Shown: positions 1-9,860 of the stretch, piece after piece
How the letters are laid out: each line of letters starts with the position of its first letter
How positions within the stretch are numbered: position 1 is the stretch's first letter
NCBI GenBank assembly: GCA_963734495.1
Contig: CAVTHK010000008.1
Coordinates: 9,611-73,610 of the forward strand
DNA length: 64,000 nucleotides
Direction: 5' to 3'
Source of the DNA: an uncultured Spirochaetota bacterium
GTDB taxonomy: Bacteria > Spirochaetota > Spirochaetia > SZUA-6 > CAVTHK01
The notes under the pieces: generated by a model
The model's input: only the letters and a program-made list of their open reading frames with translations
What the model was told of the DNA's origin: nothing
The model's database searches: none
Made by a program: the position numbers and the translations under genes

Positions 1-1
1 T

Positions 2-1369
2 CCGCTGGCCATCGGAGACGGCCTCGTGACGCAGCTGCCCGCGCTCCTGATCTCGACCTCGACCGGCATCATCGTCACGCGCTCGGTGTCCGAGGCCTCT
101 TTCGGCAGCGACGTCACGAAGCAGTTCACGCGCGAAGGCCGCCCCTACTGGATCTCGGCGGCGATCCTCGCCATGCTCGGCGTCCTCCCCGGCTTTCCCT
201 GGTACGTCCTCTTCCCCATGTCCGGGTTCCTCGCCTTTGGCGCGCTGCAGCTGCAGCGCAGGGGCGCGGCGCGCGAGGAGGAGGAGAAGGTCAAGGTGAA
301 GGGGAAGGCGGAGGCGCCCGCCGAAGTCTCGCCCGTGGTGCCCCTGGACCCGCTGTCGCTCGAGCTCGGCTACGGGTTGATCCCCCTCGTGGACAAGGAC
401 CGCGGCGCGGAGCTGCTCGATCGCATCACGCGCATCCGCAGGGAGGCCGCCCTCGACCTCGGCATCGTCGTGCCCCGCATCCGCATCATCGACAACATGC
501 GGCTCGAGCCGCCGGAGTACGTGTTCAAGATCAAAGGGGTCGAGGTCGGCCGGGCGAGGATCCGCATGAATCAGTACCTCGCGATCAACCCGGGCGAGGT
601 CAAGGAGGAGATCTCGGGAGAGCCGGCCCGCGATCCCGCCTTCGGGCTGCCCGCGACATGGATCGGGGAGGCCGAGCGCGAGCGGGCCGAGCGCCTCGGG
701 TACACCGTCGTCGACCCCCCCTCGATCATCGCGACGCACCTGACCGAGATCATCAAGCGGCACGCCGCCGAGATCCTCGGGCGCCAGGAGGTGCAGTCGA
801 TTCTCGACACCCTCAAGACGGACTACCCGGCGGTGGTCGACGCCGTGACCAAGCTCCCGAGCTCGACCGGGCTCATCCAGAAGGTCCTGCAGGGGCTGCT
901 GCGCGAGCAGGTCTCGATCCGCAACATCGTCACGGTGCTCGAGACCGTCGCGGACTACGGCGCCGTGACGACGAACGTCTCCATCCTCGTGGAGAAGGTC
1001 CGCCAGAGCCTCGCGCGGCAGATCTCGCTCGCGAACGCCGACGAGAACCGGATCATGCACGTCCTCACCATCGAGCCCTCGGTCGAGCAGAAGATCATCG
1101 ACTCGCGCGTGGAAACGGCCGAAGGCGTCGCGGCGGGGCTGGAGCCCCAGCTGCGACGGCGGTGGATCAACGCCGTCTCCAACGCGGTGCGCCGGGCGCA
1201 GGAGGCGGGCCGCCGCGTGGTCGTCCTGTGCTCCGAGGCCGCGCGGCCCCTGGTCAAGGCCTCCACGTCGCGGGAGATCCCGCACCTGGTGGTGATGTCG
1301 GTCCCGGAGGTCGATCCGGAGATCAGCGTGGAGTCGGAAGGCGAGATATCATGGGAGGCGAGTCCGTAA
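2..1369 (+). CDS. flhA: Flagellar export protein FlhA (5'-truncated by window edge)
   Basis: GDGLVTQLPALLISTSTGIIVTR, LELGYGLIPLVD, GYTVVDPPSIIATHL and VSIRN motifs; followed by flhF. Confidence 0.97.
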   Translation, partial: PLAIGDGLVTQLPALLISTSTGIIVTRSVSEASFGSDVTKQFTREGRPYWISAAILAMLGVLPGFPWYVLFPMSGFLAFGALQLQRRGAAREEEEKVKVKGKAEAPAEVSPVVPLDPLSLELGYGLIPLVDKDRGAELLDRITRIRREAALDLGIVVPRIRIIDNMRLEPPEYVFKIKGVEVGRARIRMNQYLAINPGEVKEEISGEPARDPAFGLPATWIGEAERERAERLGYTVVDPPSIIATHLTEIIKRHAAEILGRQEVQSILDTLKTDYPAVVDAVTKLPSSTGLIQKVLQGLLREQVSIRNIVTVLETVADYGAVTTNVSILVEKVRQSLARQISLANADENRIMHVLTIEPSVEQKIIDSRVETAEGVAAGLEPQLRRRWINAVSNAVRRAQEAGRRVVVLCSEAARPLVKASTSREIPHLVVMSVPEVDPEISVESEGEISWEASP

Positions 1370-1370
1370 C

Positions 1371-2564
1371 ATGCAGTACTTCACCATCCAGGCGCGCAGC
1401 CAGGGCGAAGCGCTCGAAAAGATGCGGAGCCAGTACGGCCCGGCGGCGCGCGTGCTCTCCCACCGCAGCATCCGCATCGGCAGAGTCCTTGGCCTCTTCG
1501 GCCGCGAGGGCGTCGAGATCACCGGCTACCTCGCCGGCGAGGAGAAGCGCCGGGACGTCGAGGGCGAGAAGCGCAAGATCCTGGAGACCGCCCGCCGGGA
1601 GCAGGCGATGCAGCTCATCCTCGAAGAGCTCAAGTCCCTGAAGAAGGACCTGCAGGCCGGCCCGCAGGCGGCCGCGGCGCCCTCCGGCCTGCAGGCGCCG
1701 CCACCCGGCCACCCTGCGCTCGCGCGCGTGCGCGAGCTGCTGGGGGCCAACGATTTTCCGCCCACGTTCACCGACGGGGTCGTAGGCAGGATCGGCCGGG
1801 AGTTCTCGCTCGAAGACCTGGCGGACAACGCAGCGGTCGAGCGAGCGGTGCTCGAGTACATCGGCGACGGGGTGCGCCTCTGGCGCTCGCCCACGCCGTC
1901 GGCGGGCCCGCTCATTCTCACCGTCGTCGGCCCGACGGGGGTGGGCAAGACGACCACGATCGCGAAGCTGGCAGCCATGTACAGCTTCGCGCGCGACGGC
2001 GGCGGGACCCGGCGCGTCAAGATGGTCACGATCGACAACTACAAGATCGCGGCGCGCAAGCAGATCGAGACCTACGCGGAGATCATGCAGCTCCCGGCGG
2101 CCTTTGCCGAATCGCGCGACGACCTCGAGAAGGTGATCTCGGTCTCGCAGGATGTCGATATTATACTGGTAGACACAATCGGAAAGAGCCCCGGGGATTT
2201 TCAGAAGCTGGGCGAGATCAAGGATATCCTCGGCGCGTGCGGAAGTCGGAACGAAGTGCACCTCGCGATCAGCGCCACCACCAAGAGCTCCGACATCGAG
2301 GAGATCCTTCGGCAGTTCGAGCCGTTCCGCTACCGGGCGGTGATCGTGACCAAGCTCGACGAGACGTCGCGGGCAGGCAACGTCCTCGGCCCGCTGATCG
2401 AACGGCAGAAGGCGATTTCCTACATCACCGACGGGCAGCTCGTTCCGCAGGATCTCGAAGCCGCGACCGTCACCAGGCTCCTCCGGGGGCTGGACGGGTT
2501 CAGGATCGACCGCGAGAGGCTGGAACAGCGCTACGCGGAAACATCAAAGGCACGGAGCGCGTGA
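1371..2564 (+). CDS. flhF: Flagellar biosynthesis SRP-family GTPase FlhF
   Basis: GPTGVGKTTTIAKLAA, DNYKIAA, DTIG, TKLDET and TDGQLVPQD motifs. Confidence 0.96.
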   Translation: MQYFTIQARSQGEALEKMRSQYGPAARVLSHRSIRIGRVLGLFGREGVEITGYLAGEEKRRDVEGEKRKILETARREQAMQLILEELKSLKKDLQAGPQAAAAPSGLQAPPPGHPALARVRELLGANDFPPTFTDGVVGRIGREFSLEDLADNAAVERAVLEYIGDGVRLWRSPTPSAGPLILTVVGPTGVGKTTTIAKLAAMYSFARDGGGTRRVKMVTIDNYKIAARKQIETYAEIMQLPAAFAESRDDLEKVISVSQDVDIILVDTIGKSPGDFQKLGEIKDILGACGSRNEVHLAISATTKSSDIEEILRQFEPFRYRAVIVTKLDETSRAGNVLGPLIERQKAISYITDGQLVPQDLEAATVTRLLRGLDGFRIDRERLEQRYAETSKARSA

Positions 2565-3493
2565 TGACTGACCAGGCCGAAAAGCTGAGAGAGCTGATGA
2601 AGAGCCGGGGCAACCCCACCAACGGCTCGGGCGCCCGCAACAGGACCCGCATCATCACGATCTCCAGCGGCAAGGGCGGGGTGGGAAAGACGAACATCGC
2701 GATCAATCTCGCGATTGCCTACGCCGAGCTCGGCAAGCGCGTCGTCGTCATGGACGCCGACCTCGGGCTGGCCAACGTCAACGTCGTGCTCGGGATCATC
2801 CCCAAGTACAACCTCTACCACCTGATCCGCCGCCAGAAGAGCATGAAGGACATCATCCAGGACACCCGCTACGGGATCCAGATCGTGGCGGGCGCCTCCG
2901 GCTTTTCCAAGATCGCCAACCTGAGCGAGGAGGAGCGGGGCAAGTTCGTCGCCGAGCTCCAGGAGCTCTCCTCGGCCGACGTGCTCATCGTGGACACGGG
3001 CGCCGGCGTCTCGAACAACGTCCTGTCCTTCATCGCGGCCGCGGACGACGTCGTCATCGTCACGACGCCCGAGCCGACGGCCATCACCGACGCTTACGGG
3101 ATCATCAAGATCATCGCCACGGAGATCGACAACCTCAGCCTCGGCCTCAAGCTGGTCGTCAACCGCGTCAAGAGCGTCGCCGAGGGCCGCAAGGTAGCCG
3201 AGCGGGTCATCAACATCGCCGGCCAGTTCCTCAACCTCAAGGTCGACTACCTCGGGTTCGTCTTCGAGGACGAAATCGTCCACGAGTCCGTCGTCAAGCA
3301 GAAGCCGTTCCTCGCCATGGACCCGAAGAGCAAGGCCTCCATGTGCGTCCGCCACATCCTGAGCCGCCTCGAGAACTTCGAGTACAAGGAGGGGAGCGGC
3401 ATCTCGGGCTTCATCAAGCGGCTGTTCGGTACCAAGGGGCCGGCGGCGGCCCCCGGTCCCGTCGGCGCCCGTGGGCCGTCGCCCATCGCCTGA
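2564..3493 (+). CDS. flhG: MinD-like ATPase FlhG/FleN
   Basis: MTDQAEKLR N-terminus, SSGKGGVGKT, DADLGLANV and TTPEPTAITDAY; ATG overlaps the flhF stop (TGATG). Confidence 0.95.
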   Translation: MTDQAEKLRELMKSRGNPTNGSGARNRTRIITISSGKGGVGKTNIAINLAIAYAELGKRVVVMDADLGLANVNVVLGIIPKYNLYHLIRRQKSMKDIIQDTRYGIQIVAGASGFSKIANLSEEERGKFVAELQELSSADVLIVDTGAGVSNNVLSFIAAADDVVIVTTPEPTAITDAYGIIKIIATEIDNLSLGLKLVVNRVKSVAEGRKVAERVINIAGQFLNLKVDYLGFVFEDEIVHESVVKQKPFLAMDPKSKASMCVRHILSRLENFEYKEGSGISGFIKRLFGTKGPAAAPGPVGARGPSPIA

Positions 3494-3629
3494 CGGGGCC
3501 TGCGCCCCGCTTCCGCCGGCGTTACGCCCGCCGGCGCCCCACCCTGGGCAGGCCATGCCGCGCGCGCGAGTACCCGGCGAGCACGCACTCCCTCGCTGCG
3601 CTCGGGACCTGCGAGGGCCCGAGCTGTCC

Positions 3630-3658
3630 TTGACGGCCATGCGGGTTTGCCATAAGCT
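3630..3658 (+). promoter_or_regulatory. Sigma-70-type internal promoter upstream of ORF-fliA
   Basis: TTGACG-N17-TAAGCT in the 180-bp gap after flhG. Confidence 0.55.
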
Positions 3659-3673
3659 TGGCGGGAAAAGCGC

Positions 3674-4312
3674 ATGAGGTACCGGGTAGCGGCGGCTGTT
3701 GCGTGTCTGGCCTTCGTCGTGGCTCTCGCTGCCGGTCTTGCGGGCGGCGTGCGGTTCGGCACGGTGCTGCTGCGCGCGATCGTTGGCGGTGCGGTCTTTG
3801 CGGTGCTGGGGACTGCCGTCACGGCGCTTCTCGAGCGGTTCCTGCCGGAGCTGGTCAACGGGCTCGCGGACAGTGCGGGCCCGGTAGAGACGCCCGCGGA
3901 GGCGGAGGCGCCGCGCATCGACATCGTGCTCCCGGAGGAAAATCCGCTGGAGGACGCGATCGCGGCGGACCTGGAGCCCGCAGACGAGGCGCCTGCCGAG
4001 CCGCTGGAGGAGCCGGGGCCGGGCCTGTCGGGCCCGCCTGAGGGTGCCGCGGAGCCCGTCGGCAGGCCTTCGGCAGTCGAGGATCTCACGGCGGAGCCGC
4101 TCGGGCAGAGCGGTGACACCGACAGTGGCGACAGCGACGACGCCCTGCCCAGCCTCGACGGTCTGGACCTGGAGCCGCCGGCGCCCCCGTCCGAGGCTTC
4201 GCGCGGCGCGTCCGGTGCAGCCGGCGCGAGCGGCGCGCACGGCGCGCGCGTCGACCCGTCGCAGGCCGCCCGGGCGCTGAAAACCTGGCTCAAGAGGGAC
4301 CATGAAGGCTAA
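3674..4312 (+). CDS. Hypothetical membrane protein (2 N-terminal TM helices, acidic linker, C-terminal helix) between flhG and fliA
   Basis: Hydrophobic N-terminus, acidic low-complexity middle, [16 protein letters not shown] tail; overlaps the fliA start. Confidence 0.8.
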   Translation: MRYRVAAAVACLAFVVALAAGLAGGVRFGTVLLRAIVGGAVFAVLGTAVTALLERFLPELVNGLADSAGPVETPAEAEAPRIDIVLPEENPLEDAIAADLEPADEAPAEPLEEPGPGLSGPPEGAAEPVGRPSAVEDLTAEPLGQSGDTDSGDSDDALPSLDGLDLEPPAPPSEASRGASGAAGASGAHGARVDPSQAARALKTWLKRDHEG

Positions 4313-5102
4313 GCGGAGCGTCGGCAGGCTGAGCGGCAAGAGCGAAGACGAGCTCTGGAGCCTGTACCGCAGCACGCGCGATCCCAGGATTCGCGACCAC
4401 TTCGTGCGCCAGTATGCGCCGCTGGTCAAGTACGTCGCCGGCAAGGTCGCCATCGGCATGCCTCACAACGTCGAGTTCGACGACCTGGTCGGCTACGGCG
4501 TGTTCGGCCTGTTCGACGCGATCGCGAAGTTCGATCCCGAGAAGCACGTCAAGTTCAAGACGTACGCGGTCACCCGCATCCGGGGCGCCATCTTCGACGA
4601 GCTCCGGTCGATAGACTGGGTGCCGCGCTCCGTGCGGCAGAAGACGCGTGAGCTGGAAGAAGCCATACGGACGCTCGAGTCGCAGCTCGGCCGCGCCGCC
4701 ACCGACGAGGAGATCGCCGCGGCCATGAGCGTCTCCGTCGAGGAGCTGCAGTCGCTCATCCTCAAGATCAGCGGCACCTCGATGCTGTCGCTCAACGACG
4801 TGTGGTACTCCGGCGAGGAAGACGACAAGATCTCGATCGGCGAGAGCATCGAGAGCCCGACCAGCATGAACCCCGACATCATCGTCGAGAAAGACGAGAT
4901 CAAGCGGGTGATCATGCGGACCATCCAGGAGCTCCCGGACAAGGAGAAGAAGGTCCTCGTCCTGTACTACTACGAGGACCTCACGCTCAAGGAGATCGGC
5001 CACGTGCTGGGCGTGACTGAGTCGCGCATCTCCCAGCTCCACACCAAGGCCATCATGCGCCTCCGGGCCAAGCTCACGAGCGTGCGCAAGGGGATCGTGT
5101 AG
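4302..5102 (+). CDS. fliA: RNA polymerase sigma-28 factor (FliA/WhiG family)
   Basis: [36 protein letters not shown] and [27 protein letters not shown]. Confidence 0.96.
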   Translation: MKAKRSVGRLSGKSEDELWSLYRSTRDPRIRDHFVRQYAPLVKYVAGKVAIGMPHNVEFDDLVGYGVFGLFDAIAKFDPEKHVKFKTYAVTRIRGAIFDELRSIDWVPRSVRQKTRELEEAIRTLESQLGRAATDEEIAAAMSVSVEELQSLILKISGTSMLSLNDVWYSGEEDDKISIGESIESPTSMNPDIIVEKDEIKRVIMRTIQELPDKEKKVLVLYYYEDLTLKEIGHVLGVTESRISQLHTKAIMRLRAKLTSVRKGIV

Positions 5103-5154
5103 GTGGCGGTCGGACCTGCGGGGTCGGCAGGCCGCGTACCCGAGGAGGCCCCAA

Positions 5155-7095
5155 CTGGTAAAGCTCGCCCAGATACAGGATTTCATGGCGCAGCAGGCGG
5201 TCCGCGACCGCGGGACCCGCTCGGTCCGCGTCGAGGGCTCGAGCCTCGAGGACGCTCTGGAGAACGGCGCGATCCAGCTCGGCGTGGCCCTCGACCGGCT
5301 GGAATACGAGGTTGTCACGCGCGGCGACCGAGGCCTCTTCGGCCTCGGCCGAAGGGCGTGGGTGGTGCACGTGTACGAGTCGACGCTCGTCGCCTCCGCC
5401 GCCGCCGAGGCGGGGACCGCGGAGGGCGCCCTCGCGTCCGGGGCGGCGGCCGATGAGAGCGCCGATCGGCCGGGGGAGATCTTCGTCAAGCTCGTCCAGG
5501 GCAACGTGTTCCTCAAGGTGACGCGGCCGCACGGCAAGGCGCCGCGCATCACCGACCAGGTCGCGTCGCAGTCGCTGGCCCGCAGGGGGGTGAGGGACTT
5601 CGACGCGGGCATGGTCTCGCGCGTGGTGCGCCGGGCCGACGGCCAGTTCGTGCAGGTCGGCGCTTTCGAATACAACCCTGCGAACGACGCCGTGGCGTCC
5701 GTCGAGCTCGCGGACCAGGAGATGAAGGCGTACGTCGAGGTGAGGCCGCCGGGACCCGGCGGCGCGGACCTGACCTTCGACGCGCTGGTGGGCGTGCTCA
5801 ACAACAACGGCGTCCAGCACGGGATCCGCGAGGACGCGCTGCGGGAGCTCGAGGACGCTCCCCGGTACAACACGACGATCCTGGCGGCGGAGGGATCGCC
5901 CGCCGTGAACGGAGCCGACGCGGAGATCGTCTACAATTTCAAGACCGAGCGCTCGCCCGTGCTCAAGGAGAAAAACGGCCGCGTCGACTTCCGGGAGCTG
6001 AACCTGGTCGAGAACGTGGTCGCGGGGCAGATCGTGGCGAGGAAGATGCCGGCCGGCGAGGGGCACGAGGGACGCACGGTCACAGGCCGGACCCTCCCGT
6101 TCAAGGGCGGCCATGATGTCACGCTCAACGTCGGCAAGAACGTGAAGCTCGCCGAGGACGGGATGACCGCGATCGCCGAGATCAACGGCCAGGTGCTGTT
6201 GATCGGCGGCAAAGTCAACGTCGAGCCCGTCTACACCGTCGGCGGGGACGTCAACCTGCACACGGGCAACATCCTCTTCCTGGGCGGCGTGATCGTCAAG
6301 GGCGGCATCGACGACGGCTTCACGGTCAAGGCGGCCGGCAACATCGAGGTGTTCGGCAACGTCGGCAAGGCCCAGCTCGACGCCGAGGGCGACATCATCG
6401 TTCACCAGGGCATCCTCGGCAAGGGCGGCGGCAAGGCGACCGCCGGCAAGAGCGTGTACGCCAAGTTCATCGAGCACGCTCACGTCGAGGCGGGCGAGAA
6501 CGTAGTGGCGGCCGAGGGGCTCATCCACTCCTTCGTGGACGCGAACCGCAAGATCGTCTGCCAGGGCAAGCGGGCCTCGATCGTCGGCGGTCGCCTTCGG
6601 GCGGCGGAGGAGATCAACGCGAAGAACCTGGGCTCGGTCGCCGGCACGGAGACCCTGCTGGAGGTCGGCTACGACCCCAAGAGCAAGGAGCGGCTCGTCG
6701 AGTTCGAGACGACCATGACGCGGCAGCGCAAGGAGCTGGAGGAGCTCGAGCGGAACATCAAGACGCTGCTCACGCTCAAGCGGGTCACGAAAAAGCTCCC
6801 CGACGAGAAGGAAGCGTACCTCGCCCAGCAGCTGGAGAAGCGCTCGCTGGCGCTCGCCACCATCAAGGAGGCGACCGCCGGAGTCGAGGAGATCAAGGCG
6901 CGCCTCGCGTCGATCAAGCGCGAAGGCAGGATCTCGGCCTCGGACACGGTCTTCGCCAACGTCAAGATCTTCATCAAGGACTCGAGCCTTGTGATCCGCA
7001 ACGAGCACAAGACCGTGACGTTCGTGCTCGATCAGGGCAACATCAGGGTGACGAAGTACGAGCCCCTCGAGGAAGACTTCACCCGCAGGGGATAG
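5155..7095 (+). CDS. fapA: FapA/DUF342 flagellar assembly protein with an N-terminal Jag_N-like domain
   Basis: GRVDFRELNLVENV, GDVNLHTGNI.F.G and VDANRKIV..G..ASIVGG repeats. Start is either CTG 5155 after GAGGAGG or ATG 5185. Confidence 0.85.
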   Translation: MVKLAQIQDFMAQQAVRDRGTRSVRVEGSSLEDALENGAIQLGVALDRLEYEVVTRGDRGLFGLGRRAWVVHVYESTLVASAAAEAGTAEGALASGAAADESADRPGEIFVKLVQGNVFLKVTRPHGKAPRITDQVASQSLARRGVRDFDAGMVSRVVRRADGQFVQVGAFEYNPANDAVASVELADQEMKAYVEVRPPGPGGADLTFDALVGVLNNNGVQHGIREDALRELEDAPRYNTTILAAEGSPAVNGADAEIVYNFKTERSPVLKEKNGRVDFRELNLVENVVAGQIVARKMPAGEGHEGRTVTGRTLPFKGGHDVTLNVGKNVKLAEDGMTAIAEINGQVLLIGGKVNVEPVYTVGGDVNLHTGNILFLGGVIVKGGIDDGFTVKAAGNIEVFGNVGKAQLDAEGDIIVHQGILGKGGGKATAGKSVYAKFIEHAHVEAGENVVAAEGLIHSFVDANRKIVCQGKRASIVGGRLRAAEEINAKNLGSVAGTETLLEVGYDPKSKERLVEFETTMTRQRKELEELERNIKTLLTLKRVTKKLPDEKEAYLAQQLEKRSLALATIKEATAGVEEIKARLASIKREGRISASDTVFANVKIFIKDSSLVIRNEHKTVTFVLDQGNIRVTKYEPLEEDFTRRG

Positions 7096-7098
7096 CCG

Positions 7099-7422
7099 AT
7101 GCCGCTGCTGCCGATCGACCTGCAGACCGTCTTCTCCCAGACGAACCAGGTGGGCCGCGATCAGGCGGTCCAGCAGCAGGCTCCCCCGCTGGCCCAGGCG
7201 CAGGCGGGGTCGGAGCTGGCCCGGCAGGCGCAGGTCCGCGACACCCAGGTCAACGAGAGCAACGACGCAGGCGACGGCGCCGAGCCGGTCAAGGACGAGG
7301 AAGCCGGCGGGCGCAGGCGCGGGCGCGGGAGGGGCCGTGCGCGGGAGCGGAAGGCCGAGCCGCCCCGCAGGCCGGTCTTTACCGACCCCGAGCTCGGGCA
7401 GCACGTGGATATCACGGGGTAG
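7099..7422 (+). CDS. Small conserved hypothetical protein of the fliA-fapA cluster
   Basis: MPLLPIDLQ...DPELGQHVDITG termini are typical of the ORF following fapA. Confidence 0.75.
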   Translation: MPLLPIDLQTVFSQTNQVGRDQAVQQQAPPLAQAQAGSELARQAQVRDTQVNESNDAGDGAEPVKDEEAGGRRRGRGRGRARERKAEPPRRPVFTDPELGQHVDITG

Positions 7423-7432
7423 CTGCCGCACC

Positions 7433-7945
7433 ATGGCAAGCGTCTTCGCCGTCGCCGCCGCCGTCCTCGCCGGCCTCGCCGTGGTCTACCTGGCGCTGCG
7501 CACCCGCATCGACAGGAGCATTGCCCGTCTCGATCCCGCAGCCGAGATCCGCGAAGAGCTCGCCTCCGTCATGGTGGAGATGAACCGCACGACGGAGCGC
7601 AACATCGCGCTCCTCGAGGACCGGATCGGGCAGCTCAACCAGCTCCTCGCCGATGCCGACCGGAAGATCGCCCTCGTGCGGCGCGAGAGCGAGAAGCACG
7701 AGACCAGCCGCATGGTGTACACGCACCTCGCGAAGGCCGCGGCCGAAAAGCCGCCGGCTCCGCCCGCGCAGCAGGCCGACCGGGCCGAGGACGGCCGTGG
7801 GCCGGCGGCGCCCGCGGAGACGCTTGAGAGCCGGATCCTGAGGCTCGAGAGGGAAGGGTTCTCGGCGGCTGTGATCGCGAACCGTGTCGGTTCGACGATC
7901 GGCGAGGTCGAGCTGATCATCTCCCTCGCCCGCCGCCGGCCATAA
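7433..7945 (+). CDS. Membrane-anchored coiled-coil protein with a C-terminal HTH-like motif (DUF6115-like)
   Basis: N-terminal TM, NRTTERNIALLE coiled coil, C-terminal GFSAAVIANRVGSTIGEVELII. Confidence 0.75.
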   Translation: MASVFAVAAAVLAGLAVVYLALRTRIDRSIARLDPAAEIREELASVMVEMNRTTERNIALLEDRIGQLNQLLADADRKIALVRRESEKHETSRMVYTHLAKAAAEKPPAPPAQQADRAEDGRGPAAPAETLESRILRLEREGFSAAVIANRVGSTIGEVELIISLARRRP

Positions 7946-7984
7946 AAAAAACGGTATGCCTGGACGTCGAAGAGCATACCGTTT
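7944..7984 (-). terminator. Intrinsic terminator on the minus strand
   Basis: 11-bp stem AAACGGTATGC/GCATACCGTTT, 14-nt loop, ending in an 8-U run (A run at 7944-7951 on the plus strand). Confidence 0.85.
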
Positions 7985-8017
7985 GCGGGAATCGAGACGA
8001 ACGGTCCCGGCCCCAAT
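7944..8017 (-). ncRNA. Candidate sigma-28-dependent small RNA (about 70 nt)
   Basis: Lies between a sigma-28-like promoter (8050-8023) and a strong terminator; no complete ORF is evident within it. Confidence 0.5.
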
Positions 8018-8022
8018 TCTAG

Positions 8023-8050
8023 AAATCGGCGCGCGCCGGGCCTAGCTTGA
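8023..8050 (-). promoter_or_regulatory. Sigma-28 (FliA)-type promoter
   Basis: TCAAG-N15-GCCGATTT; the -35 element lies in the last codons of the Maf/DUF115 gene. Confidence 0.6.
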
Positions 8051-9860
8051 GCGTCCGGCTTCCAGGCGCGCCAGCGTCCGGCGAACGAGCTGCTCGTGCA
8101 GGCGCGCCGAGCGCTCCATCTGCAGATAGATCTCCCGCGTGCGCGCCACCGGGTCGGTCCCCGGCTTCTCCTCCATGATGCCGTGAATGATCGGCTGCAT
8201 GAGGAACCCGAGGATGTCGCGCGCGCCGACTTCGAGCATCTCGGCGTCGCTGCGGTCGAGCTCCGCGAGCGCCCGGGGGTCTCGCGCCGCGCGGTCGGCC
8301 GCAGCGACCGCGTCGCGCGCCACCCGGCGGGCGCGACCGAGCTCCCGCAGCAGCTCGTCGAGCGATCCCTTCAATCTTGACCAGTCCGGCGCCGGCTCGG
8401 CCCGCGCATCCCGCGCGGCCCGGGCAATGCGCGCGTCGATCTCGCGCCGGCAGCGAGGCATCGCAAGGACGGCTTCGATTGTCGCCGGCTCGATGCCCGC
8501 CACGGCCACGCCGCCCGCCGACAGGTTCAGCGTCCGGACCTCGGGGAACCTCCTGGCCTGACCCTCGAACCAGGAGGCGTAGATCGCCATGCGGCGGTCG
8601 GTGAGCACGGTCCCGCCGCAGTTCGAGCGCACGGGAAACGGGCCCGCATCCGCCAGGTAGGCAAAGGCGTGCTGCTCGGCGGGCATGGTGCGCCGGGACA
8701 GCGCGAGAAAACGATGCTCGAAAAAGGCGCCGCGGAAGTGGGTCGCGCGGCCGGGGTAGCCCAGGTCCAGCCCGGCCATCACGATCGGCCGCGCCCCCGA
8801 GACGCGCGCAAGGTCCCAGGCCGTGGTCGCGACCGAGCCGCCGGCCCCGAGCTCGCCCTTGCGCGATCCGAACGATTCGAGGTAACGGCCGAGCGGGAAG
8901 AGGGAGCTCATGAAGAAGGCCGTCGGCGGCGCGAGGCGCAGCGCGCGCGGGTGGGTCGCCGACTCGGCGACGAGCAGCGTCCGCGGCGACTCGGTGCCGT
9001 CGAGGTGCCTGCTGTTCCAGTACTGAGGGTCGATCAGCACCACGAAGTCGGGCTGGACTCCCTGCGCGAGGCAGGCCCGCAGGCTCGTGTCGACCGAGAT
9101 CACGACGCACCGCTCGGCGAGCTCGCGCAGCCGCGGCATGACCGCGTCCAGCGAAGGTCCGGAGGCCAGAACCAGCGCGGGCAGGCCGTCGAAGAGGCCG
9201 CGTATACGCTCGACTCCCGGCGCCGCGAGAAACGTCTCGAGGTTCCGCAGGAGGTTCCGCACCCACAGCGGCCCGAAGCGCTCGAGCGTGTCGACGTTGA
9301 CGCGGCCGCGGTCGCGAGCCGCGACCAGGATCTGCCGCACGCGGGCGAAATAGACGGCATGCCGCTCCTCGACGGCCCGCAGCCTGAGCAGGCACGGCGC
9401 CCGCAGCGGGAAGCGCTCGCCCCGCGCCTTCGGGATCGAGCAGGCCCAGCAGCGGCTCGGGGTCGGGGGAGACGTGCAGGTCGAGCCGGGGATCGGCGAG
9501 CAGCGCATCGAGCGGGCGGCACGAGAGCGCCTGCGCGAAGAGCCCGGGATCGGGCTCGACCGCGAGGACGGGGAGCCCCGGCCGCAGGCGCAGCAGGGCT
9601 TCGCAGACGTAGCCCAGGCCGAAGCCGAAAACGACGGCGGCGGTGGCCCCGGGCCCGCAGCCGCCGCCGGCGATCCGCTCGGCCTCGCGGACCGGGTCGA
9701 AGAGGCTGTGCAGGAGCTGGCCGCCGGCGCGGGCGGTGGGCGAGCCGGTGCGCGCGGCGAGGATCTCGACGTCCGCCGGAGGCGCCGCGCCCGCCAGCTC
9801 CGCCGCAAGCCGCGGCCAGCGGTCCGCCAGCGTGGCGAGGTTGCGCTCGAGGTGCGTCAT
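8042..9860 (-). CDS. Motility-associated factor (Maf, DUF115/MptE-like) putative flagellin glycosyltransferase; frameshifted near 9430
   Basis: N-part MTHLERNL...LHSLFDPVREAE...FGFGLGY is in one frame; C-part NLLRN...LASGPSLD...PDFVVLIDP...GGSVATTAWD...GLDLGY is in another. Confidence 0.85.
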
